A stretch of 63,997 bases of DNA, the filler included, from Porpidia crustulata (taxonomy: Eukaryota): the NCBI GenBank assembly GCA_964255105.1. It is 7 parts of 7 records of this genome, joined end to end, with 100 filler letters (N's around TTAATTAATTAA, not from the genome) between each part and the next. Parts side by side here need not be neighbours in the genome. Positions count along the whole stretch, not along the records: positions 46,195 to 55,324 come from CAXUWE010000993.1; positions 55,425 to 63,997 come from CAXUWE010001095.1; 5 more parts are not named here. One strand, 5' to 3'. A model generated the notes under the pieces. It was given only the letters and a program-made list of their open reading frames with translations, was not told the DNA's origin and did not search any database. The translations under genes were made by a program, and so were the position numbers. Of this stretch, positions 53,850 through 63,997 are shown in pieces (position 1 is the first letter of the stretch; every line of letters begins with the position of its first letter).

Positions 53850-54817
53850 GGACGTAGCAAGGAGGAGGGATTTCGGATTGGAAAAGGGGGTTGAGATGTT
53901 GGAAGGGCAAGGCGAGAGTGCGGAGAAATACGTTCAAGTGATCTTCTAGACTATTTAGGATTGGCTTGGATTTTATCAGACTGGATATTAAACCTAATGA
54001 GCCAGCCTGAATTGTCGATTCGAAGGGCCGGTTTCTGATGAAAAGTATGAAATTTTGGTCGCTTAGATGGGAATTTCGGATGGAGTTTGATCTTGTCACA
54101 TCTCACAATTCATAACAGGTACCATCGTTGAAATTGGAGATGCTCGATCTGAAGATCCAAAACGCGCTATTTAGCGTCATCAAGACGACGTATAAACTCA
54201 CCGTCGTCTGCGTTTGCTGCATTTGGCGGGGAGATGTGAAGGCCTATGTTGAGGGTTGTGAAAGTCGAGGTGGTGACAGGAAGCAAATCAGAGAGACGTA
54301 TGGTGACTGAAAATATGGGGATTTTGGGGGTCTTTATATAGTAGGTATTAGAGCGACAAAATTGATCAAGGATGGGCATGTGGGAGAGAATGGATGAGAG
54401 GGGATGGGATTCTGATTCGAAAGTAGGGACTCTATGCAGCTCTATCCCTCATGGATAAGAGTGCCTCTGCATAATTCTAGATAAATGGTATCATGGCTTT
54501 CGAGCATACTAAAGAAAACTAATTATCCTTTAACGTGTTCGTAGGTTTGCAAACTGCATCTCGTACTATTCCATGGACGTGTGATTCTTTCTCAGCGATT
54601 TTACATTGGGAACGTCTCCGAAAGTCCGCAAAGACCCTAAAACGGAAATGAGTACACGAATGAGATCACAGCTATGGATGGCAGGAATGACAATGACAAG
54701 GCTAAAATCTCCAGGATTAAATGAACGTCCAGATTTCCCGGATTCAACACCATACATTGGAAATACGAAAAATCGAGCTTCTCATCCTCCCACTTTGCCT
54801 GATGCCGACATCTTCCC

Positions 54818-55087
54818 TCACTTCCCAGGCGCCCTCCCCGCCGCCTCGACACCCTCGGCAACATGCCTCGTCCCACTCTCTATCCCTGTCGTGACATCTG
54901 CCAAGACCTGTCCAACTGGTCGACCAGCCTTCCCAGTTGTGCTTGCGATTGTATCGCCGATGCCTCGTCCTCCAGCACCGATGACACCGCCAACGGTACG
55001 AGCAGCGCCGCCGACGCCGTTGCCTAGAGTTGAGGTGGCGAAGGCGACGCCATTTTGGATGCCGGAATTGTCTTTGCCTAGTGTCAT
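54818..55087 (-). CDS. small glycine-rich protein (89 aa)
   Basis: ATG in AAAATG context after a long A-rich leader; repeated GxxxG pattern (LGNGVGGAARTVGGVIGAGGRGIG); coding-like composition. Confidence 0.72.
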   Translation of the reverse strand: MTLGKDNSGIQNGVAFATSTLGNGVGGAARTVGGVIGAGGRGIGDTIASTTGKAGRPVGQVLADVTTGIESGTRHVAEGVEAAGRAPGK

Positions 55088-55324
55088 TTTAACGTGTCTC
55101 TTGGTGAGTTTTCTTTGGAGTTTCCTGGTTCTTGCGATTTAGATATCTGGATTGTCTCTTGGGGTTTTCTAGGAGTCTGGTTGGCGTATGCGCGGGTGTG
55201 GTTTGGGATGAAGATATCGCTGTCTGAAAATTGGTATGGCCGATTTTTGAATTTAGAGAAAACCAAAAAAAAATCATGTGGGGAAGCAAAAAAAGGCCAA
55301 AAACATTGCTTTTCGTACTGCAGC

Positions 55325-55424
55325 NNNNNNNNNNNNNNNNNNNNNNNNNNNNNNNNNNNNNNNNNNNNTTAATTAATTAANNNNNNNNNNNNNNNNNNNN
55401 NNNNNNNNNNNNNNNNNNNNNNNN
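55325..55424. other. artificial contig spacer
   Basis: N44-TTAATTAATTAA-N44. Confidence 0.97.
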
Positions 55425-56388
55425 CGGCGGGCCAATAGACATCGTGCTCGTACTCGAAACTGACGTCGCCGCCGTGGGTCGTCATGAGCTGGGCGGGCGG
55501 CACGAACTGCAGCAGCGGCTGCTCGAAGACGAGTTTGTCGCGGGTGAGCGGGTCGATGAAGGGCGTGATGAGCTTGAAGAAGCCCCAGACGACCCAGGGG
55601 ACGTGGACCATCATGGCGCGGCCGAGGCGCTCGGGGTAGTGGGTCTGGAGGATGGCGAGGGCGGCCTTGCCGGTGGCGAGGCTGGGGTTCTTGGTCATCG
55701 AGCCCTTGTAGTCGATCAGGAGGCTGAGCGTTTCCTGGCCGGCGGGCATGAGGTCGATGGTGCGTTCGAGCATGAAGACGAGGTGTTGGATCTGGCGGTC
55801 GCTGGCTTTGGTGTTTTGTTTCGCCGGGTTGAGGTAGAGGCAGGGGCGCGCGGCGATGTCGAAGCCGAAGAGGACTTGCTTGCCCGTTTCGTTTTCGGGC
55901 GAGATGTAGTCGGCGGTCAGCTTATCCAGACCATATTCGCGCCGCCAGATCATGGTGTTAAGGAGGCGGGTTTCGGACTCCTTGGCGTTCCACTTGGTTG
56001 CGCGAAGGTAGCGGAGTAGGCATTCGCGGGTCAACCATATGCGCTCGGCGTCGGTGATGGGCGTGCTGGGGCTCTTTGGAGCGGATTTCGTGGGGATCTC
56101 AGTCCAAGATTTGACTACGGAGAGTAAAGTGGTGTATTTCCCAAATTGGTCGGCGGCAAGCTCCGGAGCTGGGGATGGTTTGGAGATCGGGAGCGGCCGG
56201 ATAAAAGGCGTTTTTGCGGGATTGATGGAACCGTCCATGGTTGCGTTACTGGACAATGAAGGGAGAGCCGGAGGTGTCGAGGGAGTAGTCAGGTCGTCAG
56301 AGACCGTATTCCGATTGCTAGGGCTTTCCGGGGCTATTGACATATCTTTGACCTTTTCCGAAAGCTGTAAGGTGTCTGAAGTCGTCAT
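55425..56388 (-). CDS. PDR16: CRAL-TRIO phosphatidylinositol transfer protein (Pdr16/Sfh3-like), 3' end missing
   Basis: WLTRECLLRYLRATKW, ENETGKQ, QIQHLVFMLER, LQTHYPERLG, FIDPLTRDKL and FEYEHDVYWPA. Confidence 0.88.
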
Positions 56389-57363
56389 GTTGGTTGTTGA
56401 TATACGGGTACGACGCTGAAGACTCGGACTCCAACGTTCCCCGCCAACAAAAGGATAATTCGTGGTCGGTGAGATACAGTCGACCCAAAACAATTCTCAA
56501 CTGTCGGACGTCAACGAAACCCATAGTCGGTCGATGCTGCAGCTAAATGATGGGCTCACAAGCTCGACCTGTTTCCGGCTACTCGGTACAAATTATATTG
56601 TCGGTGAGGAGCTGCTTGACCGCGTATCCTTCAAGTAGCAGTCCTCTTGATTCTCCAATATGATCTTGAGTACGGTCCCCAAGTGATATCAGATATCAAT
56701 GATAATGTGGACTATGGATTTGATTTGATAGTAGCTCCTTTATGACACAGATTGATATCCACATGGCCTTTCTTCCCCCCCCTGCAATCTTTCGATACTA
56801 AAATCGCGTTGATCCAAAGTCTAAAGCAGACGCGTTCTAATCGCGTAGGGATTACAGGTAAGTTACTTCGTTTGGTAAGCGTTCCGTTNNNNNNNNNNGT
56901 TCTAATTGGGTTTGGTTTAACTGTTATTTTACTTGGTTTGTTAAGCGTACCGTATACGGCTAACCTTGATCTCGCCGCCCTCCGCTGTTTGCTGCCCTTC
57001 CCTCGCAAATATCATTTCGATAAGATAAATACGTCTTCGTAATTTATTCTGATCAATGTTTTTATAATTATCAGAATTGGTTTCACCTGTCACAAAGCGA
57101 GATGATTGTAATATTCACTTTCTCTTCTTCCTTCCCACTGCAGTGAAGAGCTTGCATGATTGATTGAAATAATGCGGCTGAGGAGCTCAAAGATCAGCAA
57201 TTTTATATTGCGAGATATATCCACATCATTTCGCCACACTGCAAATACACCCATCTGCAACCCGATATGTCTGAATTGCAAATATTCCCGACTTGAAACG
57301 TCCTCGGTGTGCATAGGAACCAAAAGGACATTCGCGTTGCAAAGGAGATGGAACTCAAAGGAG

Positions 57364-57824
57364 ATGGAGCTGAAAGAAGTTGGAAATGCCGGGCTTGTAC
57401 GGCCAGCCAACGGGCTGGGCCTCCAGCCGGACTGGGTCGACTGCCCAAATTGTGAACGGCGCCAGAAGACGCAGGTCCACAAGATTCCCAGCGAAGCGAC
57501 TAGGTAAGTCAAGCTCTTCAACCTTCCTCTTTGACGCGTGATTATAGCGAAGCCCTACTGACATTCGCTTTTCATGACAGACAAACAAAGTTCTCTTATG
57601 CTATGGGCAGTTTCGTTTGTTGCTTCCTGTGTTATTTCTACCCCGATATGACACAGATGTTTTATGACACCGAGCACAAATGCCCTTGTGGATTCACCAC
57701 TGCTGTCATAAGTCACGATGCACGACCGGGCATGAGGTATAGGGTTTTGGTAAAATTTTGGGACTATGTTCGTGTTGGCCTCAAATGCATACCCCTCGAC
57801 CTCACCGATGAATCGAGAAATTAA
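57364..57824 (+). CDS. LITAF-like zinc-ribbon membrane-associated small protein
   Basis: PDWVDCPNC, GT-AG intron 57504-57580 joining in frame, hydrophobic Cys-rich segment FVCCFLCYF, then DTEHKCPCG. Start and 3' end uncertain (possible extra donor near 57737). Confidence 0.6.
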
Positions 57825-57998
57825 TTGATTAAAGATCCGAATATGCTCTTCACATTGACGCTCACTCAAGGCTGTGCTAGTCGTCTTCTCAGCGATCGCT
57901 CAGCAGGTCGAGGTTTTCCGGGAAATCCTAGGACCGCTACACCACAAGGACACTATCAAAACGTACACAGGGAACTAGAGAAGACCCTTCAACTTGGG

Positions 57999-60290
57999 CT
58001 ACATGAACATGTCACTCCCTGTGCGGACAGCAGTAGGTCGCCCCGCGCTTTTCAAACAGGCCATAACAGTATCCATCAATATCAAGTCGCTCCCTGTGGT
58101 AGGTTAGAAGTGTGACACCTGCATAACAATCTCAATCGCGTATCAGGAATTCCCATGATACCCACAACGAAGGGAAGGTCTTCCTCCCTTCGAGTTATCT
58201 TTTTCATGTATGGTATAGTAGAGACTGTTACTTGGTTGGCGATGAATTGGGGGAGCGAGTTGGCAAACTTTCTTGGGACTACTAGCTCCGGAGACTCCAC
58301 CAGCGACGCCAAAAGCAGGATATGAACTCCAGTCGGAGGTCTCTAAAAACTAGGGAAAGTCATACCAAATTAGCAAGATACAACGCAAACGGACTGTTTC
58401 TTCAGGCGTACTCTGGAGACTCATCACGGTATCTTGGACCAACATTCTCGATGGGCATTATGAACAATGGTAGGCTACTTTTGAAGAATGTTGCGTGAAA
58501 CCAGGAGCGAAAGACGTCTATCCTCCTGACGGCTTCATCTCGATCAGCCTTCGAGATGGATTTGCATGAATTCCAAGATGCACGAGTAGGAGGGCTTATG
58601 TACGGAGCTCTCTGATGTTTTGCCCAATACTCGTCACGAAATTCATCAAACGCGTGGTAGTCATCGTACCACATGTCTTTAGTTGCCTAATCACAGCTTA
58701 GATGATATAGCTTCAGACTTTTGGCAATACTTGCCTTGATCATGTAGTCATTGAGTGACAGATTGCCCGCGTCATTCGGGGGAGTTTCCTTCCATTTCTC
58801 TTTTAACGACATCTTCATGTGCTGCAGCCCGAGGGCAGACTCGATTTCCAGAACGAACTTGAGAGCGGTCTTACATTGCTAAGGGTCAATCTCGTTCCAG
58901 TAATCTGTAGGCCACATGATTGATGAGAACTGCCAAGACTTTTAGCCAAGCATTTACTGTCAGACATCGAGATCGTTCAGATACTTTGAAACCCGCACAA
59001 TTTAGGCTATCACCGTACCAAGATGTAGCAAATATGCGGCACTGCTGAAGGTCACGTCCCACAATACCTGGTGTGTCGAGGTATCTGTGTGGTATGAGCA
59101 TGTGTTTTTGCTATAGGGTTCGCAGAGCGTACTTAATGCAGGTCACAAATCTTTCCGTTGAAAGGGCTCCAAAAGTTGGGCGCCAAGAGAAACAGCCATT
59201 CCAAAGTGCAGGTCTCAATATGCTTCCAGTCGCTAAGAATTCATGAACAAGCGATTCCGAGCACGACTCTTCGGAGGCATCTTACTATCCGACCCTATGG
59301 CAATGTCTAGCCATTCATATGCAGCAACGGCAGCTCCGCTTCCATTACTGCTCCCCGCCGAAGATTGAAACCCGTCGCCCCGCGGGCTCCACGGGGACAT
59401 ATATTCAACGGCTTCCGTTGGCTCCTCCCATTGTGCGAAAGAGCAGAGTATTGTCTTGCCGACAATGGAAGCACCCAAATCAATGAGTCTTTGAATGCAA
59501 GGAGCAGACATCAGCTTTTTCGGGTAAGTTTGCAGGTAAGGCCGACTACATAACGACGTTTTTGTACCCTCCAGGTCGAAATTGTCCTTCACGGCAACTC
59601 GGATTCCTGCCAGGGGAAGCTTAGAAGAGGCATGAGACCTGAGTCTTGAGGGTACGGAAATTTCCACTCGACCATGATTCTCGCCTGAATGATCAAGGTT
59701 TCGCAAATTTCTGTCCTTTGCTTCAATAGATAGCGTAATATCAATGAATACTCACTCACCTAATGGCTAAGAAAAAAGCAGCATTTTTATCGCTACAAAG
59801 TCTGTAAGGACTGTTCAGACTCCCGTCTAGAAGAACGTAGGGGCCGGGAGAAGGTTGATTGCGAGAGCTGGCGGTCAAAAAGTGGTGCCATTGCATGCCG
59901 AAGCCTTGAAGAAGCGCTTTGGCCTCCGTAGAAATGGAGGAGTCGTTGTGACCACCGCTAAATATTACTGCCCGGAGGAATTGCTTCTGGAAGACGTCGT
60001 CTATCTCTTCGTAATGCTCAATACATTGCTGGATCCAGTCCGCCGTGATGATCAGTTGGCTTTTCCCGACATCGATAATTGTGGCAAGTATTGCGCCAGT
60101 ATGGTTCACAAGCGGTTTCTCCTACTGCACTTGGTGTCTGTGTGGCAGGTGCGCCCGAATACTTACTTGGTGTAGAGCTTCAAGAAGATAGCAAACGCCG
60201 TTCCCACAAAGAGTCTCATGCTTCTCTATCAGGTCCCCTCTCCATTGGCTAACAAAGTCATCGCTGCTGCTGCTTCTTAGGAACACATCA
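57999..60290 (-). pseudogene. amidase-signature family pseudogene
   Basis: Motifs VAVKDNFD, AGSSNGSG, GSDTTGSI and RPALWNG; C-terminal GSDL...GRPTAVRTG. In-frame TAG at 58881-58879 and last intron donor ATACGC instead of GT at 58143. The 5' exon does not join in frame; 5' limit approximate. Confidence 0.75.
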
Positions 60291-61752
60291 GTTAGTAGCG
60301 AGGGACCAGCAGTAGGGGAAAGCGGGCTTATGAGACTCCCAGTAAGCGAATGCTGTGCTTTGTGATATTAAAGACAGAGTGAAGATGGAAGTTCTTGGCA
60401 CAACCTCGGTCTCTGCGTTCGCAGCACCTCAATTGGCACCGACAACGACGTCTGCTGGCTCAAGTCGAGGGTATAAAAGCCAGCAGAGTAGACTCTCGCC
60501 ATTATATCGTGGATCACAAGTGCAAACACTGTAAATCATGAGTCTTTTCGCGTAATCTGGAAAGGCTGACAGCGCTCTTCCACGTAGACTCATCGCCTTT
60601 TCAGGAGTCGGAATTCTTCCAGTGGACAAATGGCGCGACGAGGAATATAGTGAACACTGGCTGTGATCTGTAGGTCAATCTCATCAGGAATAAATATGCG
60701 TTTTCACCGACAAGGATGAGCTTGCTGCTGATGTTCTGTTTTCCTAGAATCGCATCGAAGAGAAAGGTCCCGATTTTCTTGGAGCTCTTCAAAATTTGAC
60801 ACAAACGCAAGAAATCCGTATTCCCATAATCTCGGCAGAGACGTAGCTACAAATGTGCCGTGACAAGCATTTACAGAATTGTGCAATCATTTTCATCGCT
60901 CATAGTCTTAGGAGCGTAATTTTGAAGAGGGTGAGTAGTGTTCCAACGGCTGAGCCAAACATTTCTGCTAACAACCTAGGCCATAGGTATTGCTTATGGG
61001 CAGCCTCTACGCTTTGATACTCTGCTGCGAAAAATCGCAGGCGCAATATTCATCCAGCCCTCATTCCCAATCGGATGGCCTATCGAAGTGGGGATGTATA
61101 CTGCTTACTCATTGTTCAAGACTCATTGTAGAGCCAAATTGAAACACAAAGTCACGAAAATCACCTCGGGTCCTGCTGAAGATTGCCTTCGTCCCGACGG
61201 CATGTCGTGGTAGCCACCTTTGAAAATGCCCCACATCCTAACCCTGACATCACCGCAAGCAGATAGGAATCAATGGAAAAGAAGGAAGGGAAAGAGTAGG
61301 ATATATCATCATGGGGGTTGGGGGAGCCATAGTGGGCTTCTTTTTGTTTAGGATCCAGAATGAGCCGAATGAAACCTGTCCTTTTGATTTGCAAACGCGC
61401 AACAACATGATTGGGAAACTTAGAGTGAAGAGTGGCGGAGGAGAAGCATGAGAGAGCAGCAAGTAAGGAGCATTTGGAAGCACAGAGGGAACAGAGGGAG
61501 AGCAGGGGAAGGCACTCGTAAGCATAGGGGAGACAAAATGAACAAATAGGGTTTAGCGGGAGAGCCAAAGCATACCCCTGAGAGCTCTGGTCAAGAAATT
61601 GCTGATGCTGTCCACGTTCTTTGTCTTTGCCTTTGCCTTTGTACGAATGCATGATTCTATCTTTAAAGCAGAACTTGCTCAGTAAATCATCTGAGCTTTT
61701 TTCGAGACGTCTTGTGCATTTTCATTGACAATATTTATCTGTGCGATCGTTT

Positions 61753-61812
61753 GACTGCTCGACGACTCGACGGCTCGACTGCTCCACTGCTCCACTGCTC
61801 CACTGCTCGACT
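61753..61812. repeat. short degenerate 8-bp tandem repeat (GACTGCTC/CACTGCTC)
   Basis: gactgctc gacgactc gacggctc gactgctc cactgctc cactgctc cactgctc gact. Confidence 0.7.
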
Positions 61813-62061
61813 ATTTGGCTAGAGATCTAGGATTGCACCAGTGTAAAGAATGGGATTTGTGTTACTTCGAAATGAAGCGTTGGAAGACTATGGGGTCCCG
61901 GGAAAGTGGAAATGATATCTGGGTATTTGTACCAAATTGGGGTGATTCTATCAAGCCATTAAATCGTTAAGAATTGTAGATCAATGCAGCTAGATCCGTA
62001 ATTCACGCGCTATAATACCTAACAAGTGAGAAAAGGTCTCTTAAAACTGCGCTAAGACCAT

Positions 62062-62077
62062 CGCGAAATGGACGCGT
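62062..62077. promoter_or_regulatory. SCB (CGCGAAA) and MCB (ACGCGT) boxes upstream of POL12
   Basis: CGCGAAA at 62062-62068 and ACGCGT at 62072-62077, about 90-100 bp before the ATG of a replication gene. Confidence 0.6.
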
Positions 62078-62166
62078 TCTCAGATACGCACAAAATATTC
62101 GCGTCTCCCGAGATGTTGAGCATGTGAACTTCCACTGCTATTTCTCATCCAGGACTTCAAGTCATC

Positions 62167-63997
62167 ATGACTGGCACACAAGACGAGCTGAACGAGCTGT
62201 TTGCAGTTCCTCCTGCTACAGAGCTACCGTCTGACGTCTTAGGTGAATTGCAGTCAATATGCCGATTGCACTCAATCTCTTCGCAGGAGCTGCGCTACAA
62301 GTGGGAATCATACAGTATGAAGATGGGTTCAGAGCAGACCGAATTGGACCTGACTACGGCGCGAGCGTTCAAGAAGGATCTACAGGAGATGTTGGAACGG
62401 GACTCGCGAGGCAAAGCTCATCATCGAAGCATCGATAAGAGGACCGCATATGCTACACCACGTAATGCTGGGAAGAATGATGATGTCTTTGGCATGTACG
62501 TATCGGAAACTTGGTTGGAGAGCAGTCATTGAGATAAATCTAGGCTGGATACCACCCCACATCAACGGTCGACAACCAGCGGTGCAAAGCGCAAAGCAGC
62601 CTTCGAAACGCCAGGTGCCCCCAAGGTCAACAAATCCAGTGCTATGAGCTCTCCAAGTGACGGGAGGACAGCAACGCACCTGAAGAATGGCGATGCGCAT
62701 GGTATCAAAAGCTCTTTCGCCGATCGCCAAAATACCGGCCAAATAGTGGAGACATTGAACGAGCAATTGATTATACACGAGCCTCCAATTACGCCTCCAG
62801 CGGGACCTCGTGTCAAATTGACCGCAAACACTGAGCTGAAGAAGTTCTACTACAAACCCATGGCTATGCACCTCTCAGAAGCTTCAGAAATTCTCGATGA
62901 CCGGATCGATGAGTTCCAATTGCTCATTCAATCTTACCATCAGCTCGAGGATTCGGCTTTTGGGAATGCTGCGAGCCAGGCCACTCATGAAATTATTGCC
63001 GTGGGTAGGATTGCTTCAGACGCTCTCAGCGGAAAGCTTAACGCTCCTTCCATGGTTCTGGAATTGTCAAGACGGACAGGCGCAGGACTGCGAGTGCCCC
63101 TGAAGGTAGAATCCATATCGCACGAGTTTTTCCCTGGCCAAATCCTTGCTATGCGGGGTATCAATGCTTCTGGAGAATACTTCTCGGTCAACGAAGTGCT
63201 TGAAACCCCGTTGCTTCCGCCGGCAGCATCGCTACCTTTAATAATAGATGACTTCAACGAGCGACTTGGCGTGGATGATCAGGCCGGAACATCATCCCCC
63301 TCACAAGCCCTCAATATCCTAATAGCCTCCGGGCCCTTCACAGCCGACGACAACCTCTCCTTTGAACCCCTCCAAGCGCTTTGCGACAANNNNNNNNNNC
63401 CGCAGACGTCCTCATCCTAATCGGCCCCCTCCTCGACATCGAGCACCCCCTCCTCGCATCCGGCGACTTCGACCTCGACCACCCAAGCCTCAAACCCGAC
63501 AAAGCGACCATGACCGACGTCTTTCGCATCCTCATCGGCGCGCCCCTCGCCCGCCTCGCCCAAGCCCACCCGAGCATCACCATCGTCGTCGTCCCCTCCG
63601 TCCGCGACATCGTCAACAAGCACGTTTCCTGGCCGCAAGAACCGTTCGCCAGAAAGGAACTCGGACTGCCCAAACAGGTCAAAATGGTCTCCAACCCCGT
63701 CACCATCTCGCTGAACGAAATCGTCGTGGGCGTCTCGGCGCAGGATGTCCTATCCGAGCTCCGCAGGGAGGAAGTCGTGGTCGGCAAACCAAAGGAAATT
63801 AGTATGCTCGCGCGGCTCCCGAGACATTTAATACAACAACGCCATTTCTTCCCCCTGTTCCCGCCGGTCGACAGGACGACGCTGCCGAAGACCGGGACGG
63901 AGGACGGAATCGCAACGGGCATGCCCCTGGATGTCAGCTACCTCAAGCTCGGCGAGTGGCTCGACGTAAGACCGGACATGCTGATCACGCCCAGTGC
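62167..63997 (+). CDS. POL12: DNA polymerase alpha-primase subunit B, partial (runs off the window, 10-N gap at 63390-63399)
   Basis: ELQSICRLHSISSQELRYKWESY, intron 62496-62543, YKPMAMHLSEASEILDDRI, AVGRIASD, FFPGQI, ASGPFT, LIQQRHFFPLFP and PDMLITPS. Confidence 0.92.

Noticed and set aside
53812..54379. Short minus-strand ORFs between the ATPase and the Gly-rich gene
   Set aside because: Fragmented, no motif, and partly overlapping the ATPase 3' end; not supportable.
55444..56019. 191-aa plus ORF and similar antisense ORFs (e.g. 21844-22374, 63338-63922, 10768-11289)
   Set aside because: Shadow ORFs on the opposite strand of real genes, many of them GC3-rich.
61161..61652. 163-aa minus ORF (MHSYKGKGKDK...)
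   Set aside because: Low-complexity, pyrimidine-biased translation without a recognisable domain; probably spurious.

Overview
Intron-containing genomic DNA from a filamentous ascomycete (Pezizomycotina, probably Eurotiomycete-like). The window is not continuous. Six 100-bp spacers (N44-TTAATTAATTAA-N44) join seven contigs of almost identical, non-increasing length (about 9.14 kb), so neighbourhood holds only within a contig. Recognisable housekeeping genes: SHR3, ERG12, STE24, GFA1, SET1, SPB4, DGK1, an Arp10/RO7-like actin-related protein, YEN1, ARO4, pyruvate kinase, and partial PDR16 and POL12. Less-characterised genes: a DCAF8-like WD40 protein whose CVIM CaaX end is completed by a 9-nt terminal exon, a 7-exon HerA/FtsK-type P-loop ATPase next to a small glycine-zipper protein, a coiled-coil gene with MCB boxes upstream, a LITAF-like protein, and partial DUF1769 and RRM genes. 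Decayed elements: an internally deleted pogo/Fot1-type transposon, an ankyrin-repeat pseudogene and an amidase pseudogene. No tRNA, rRNA or CRISPR could be supported. Exon boundaries were worked out by eye from splice signals and reading frame.
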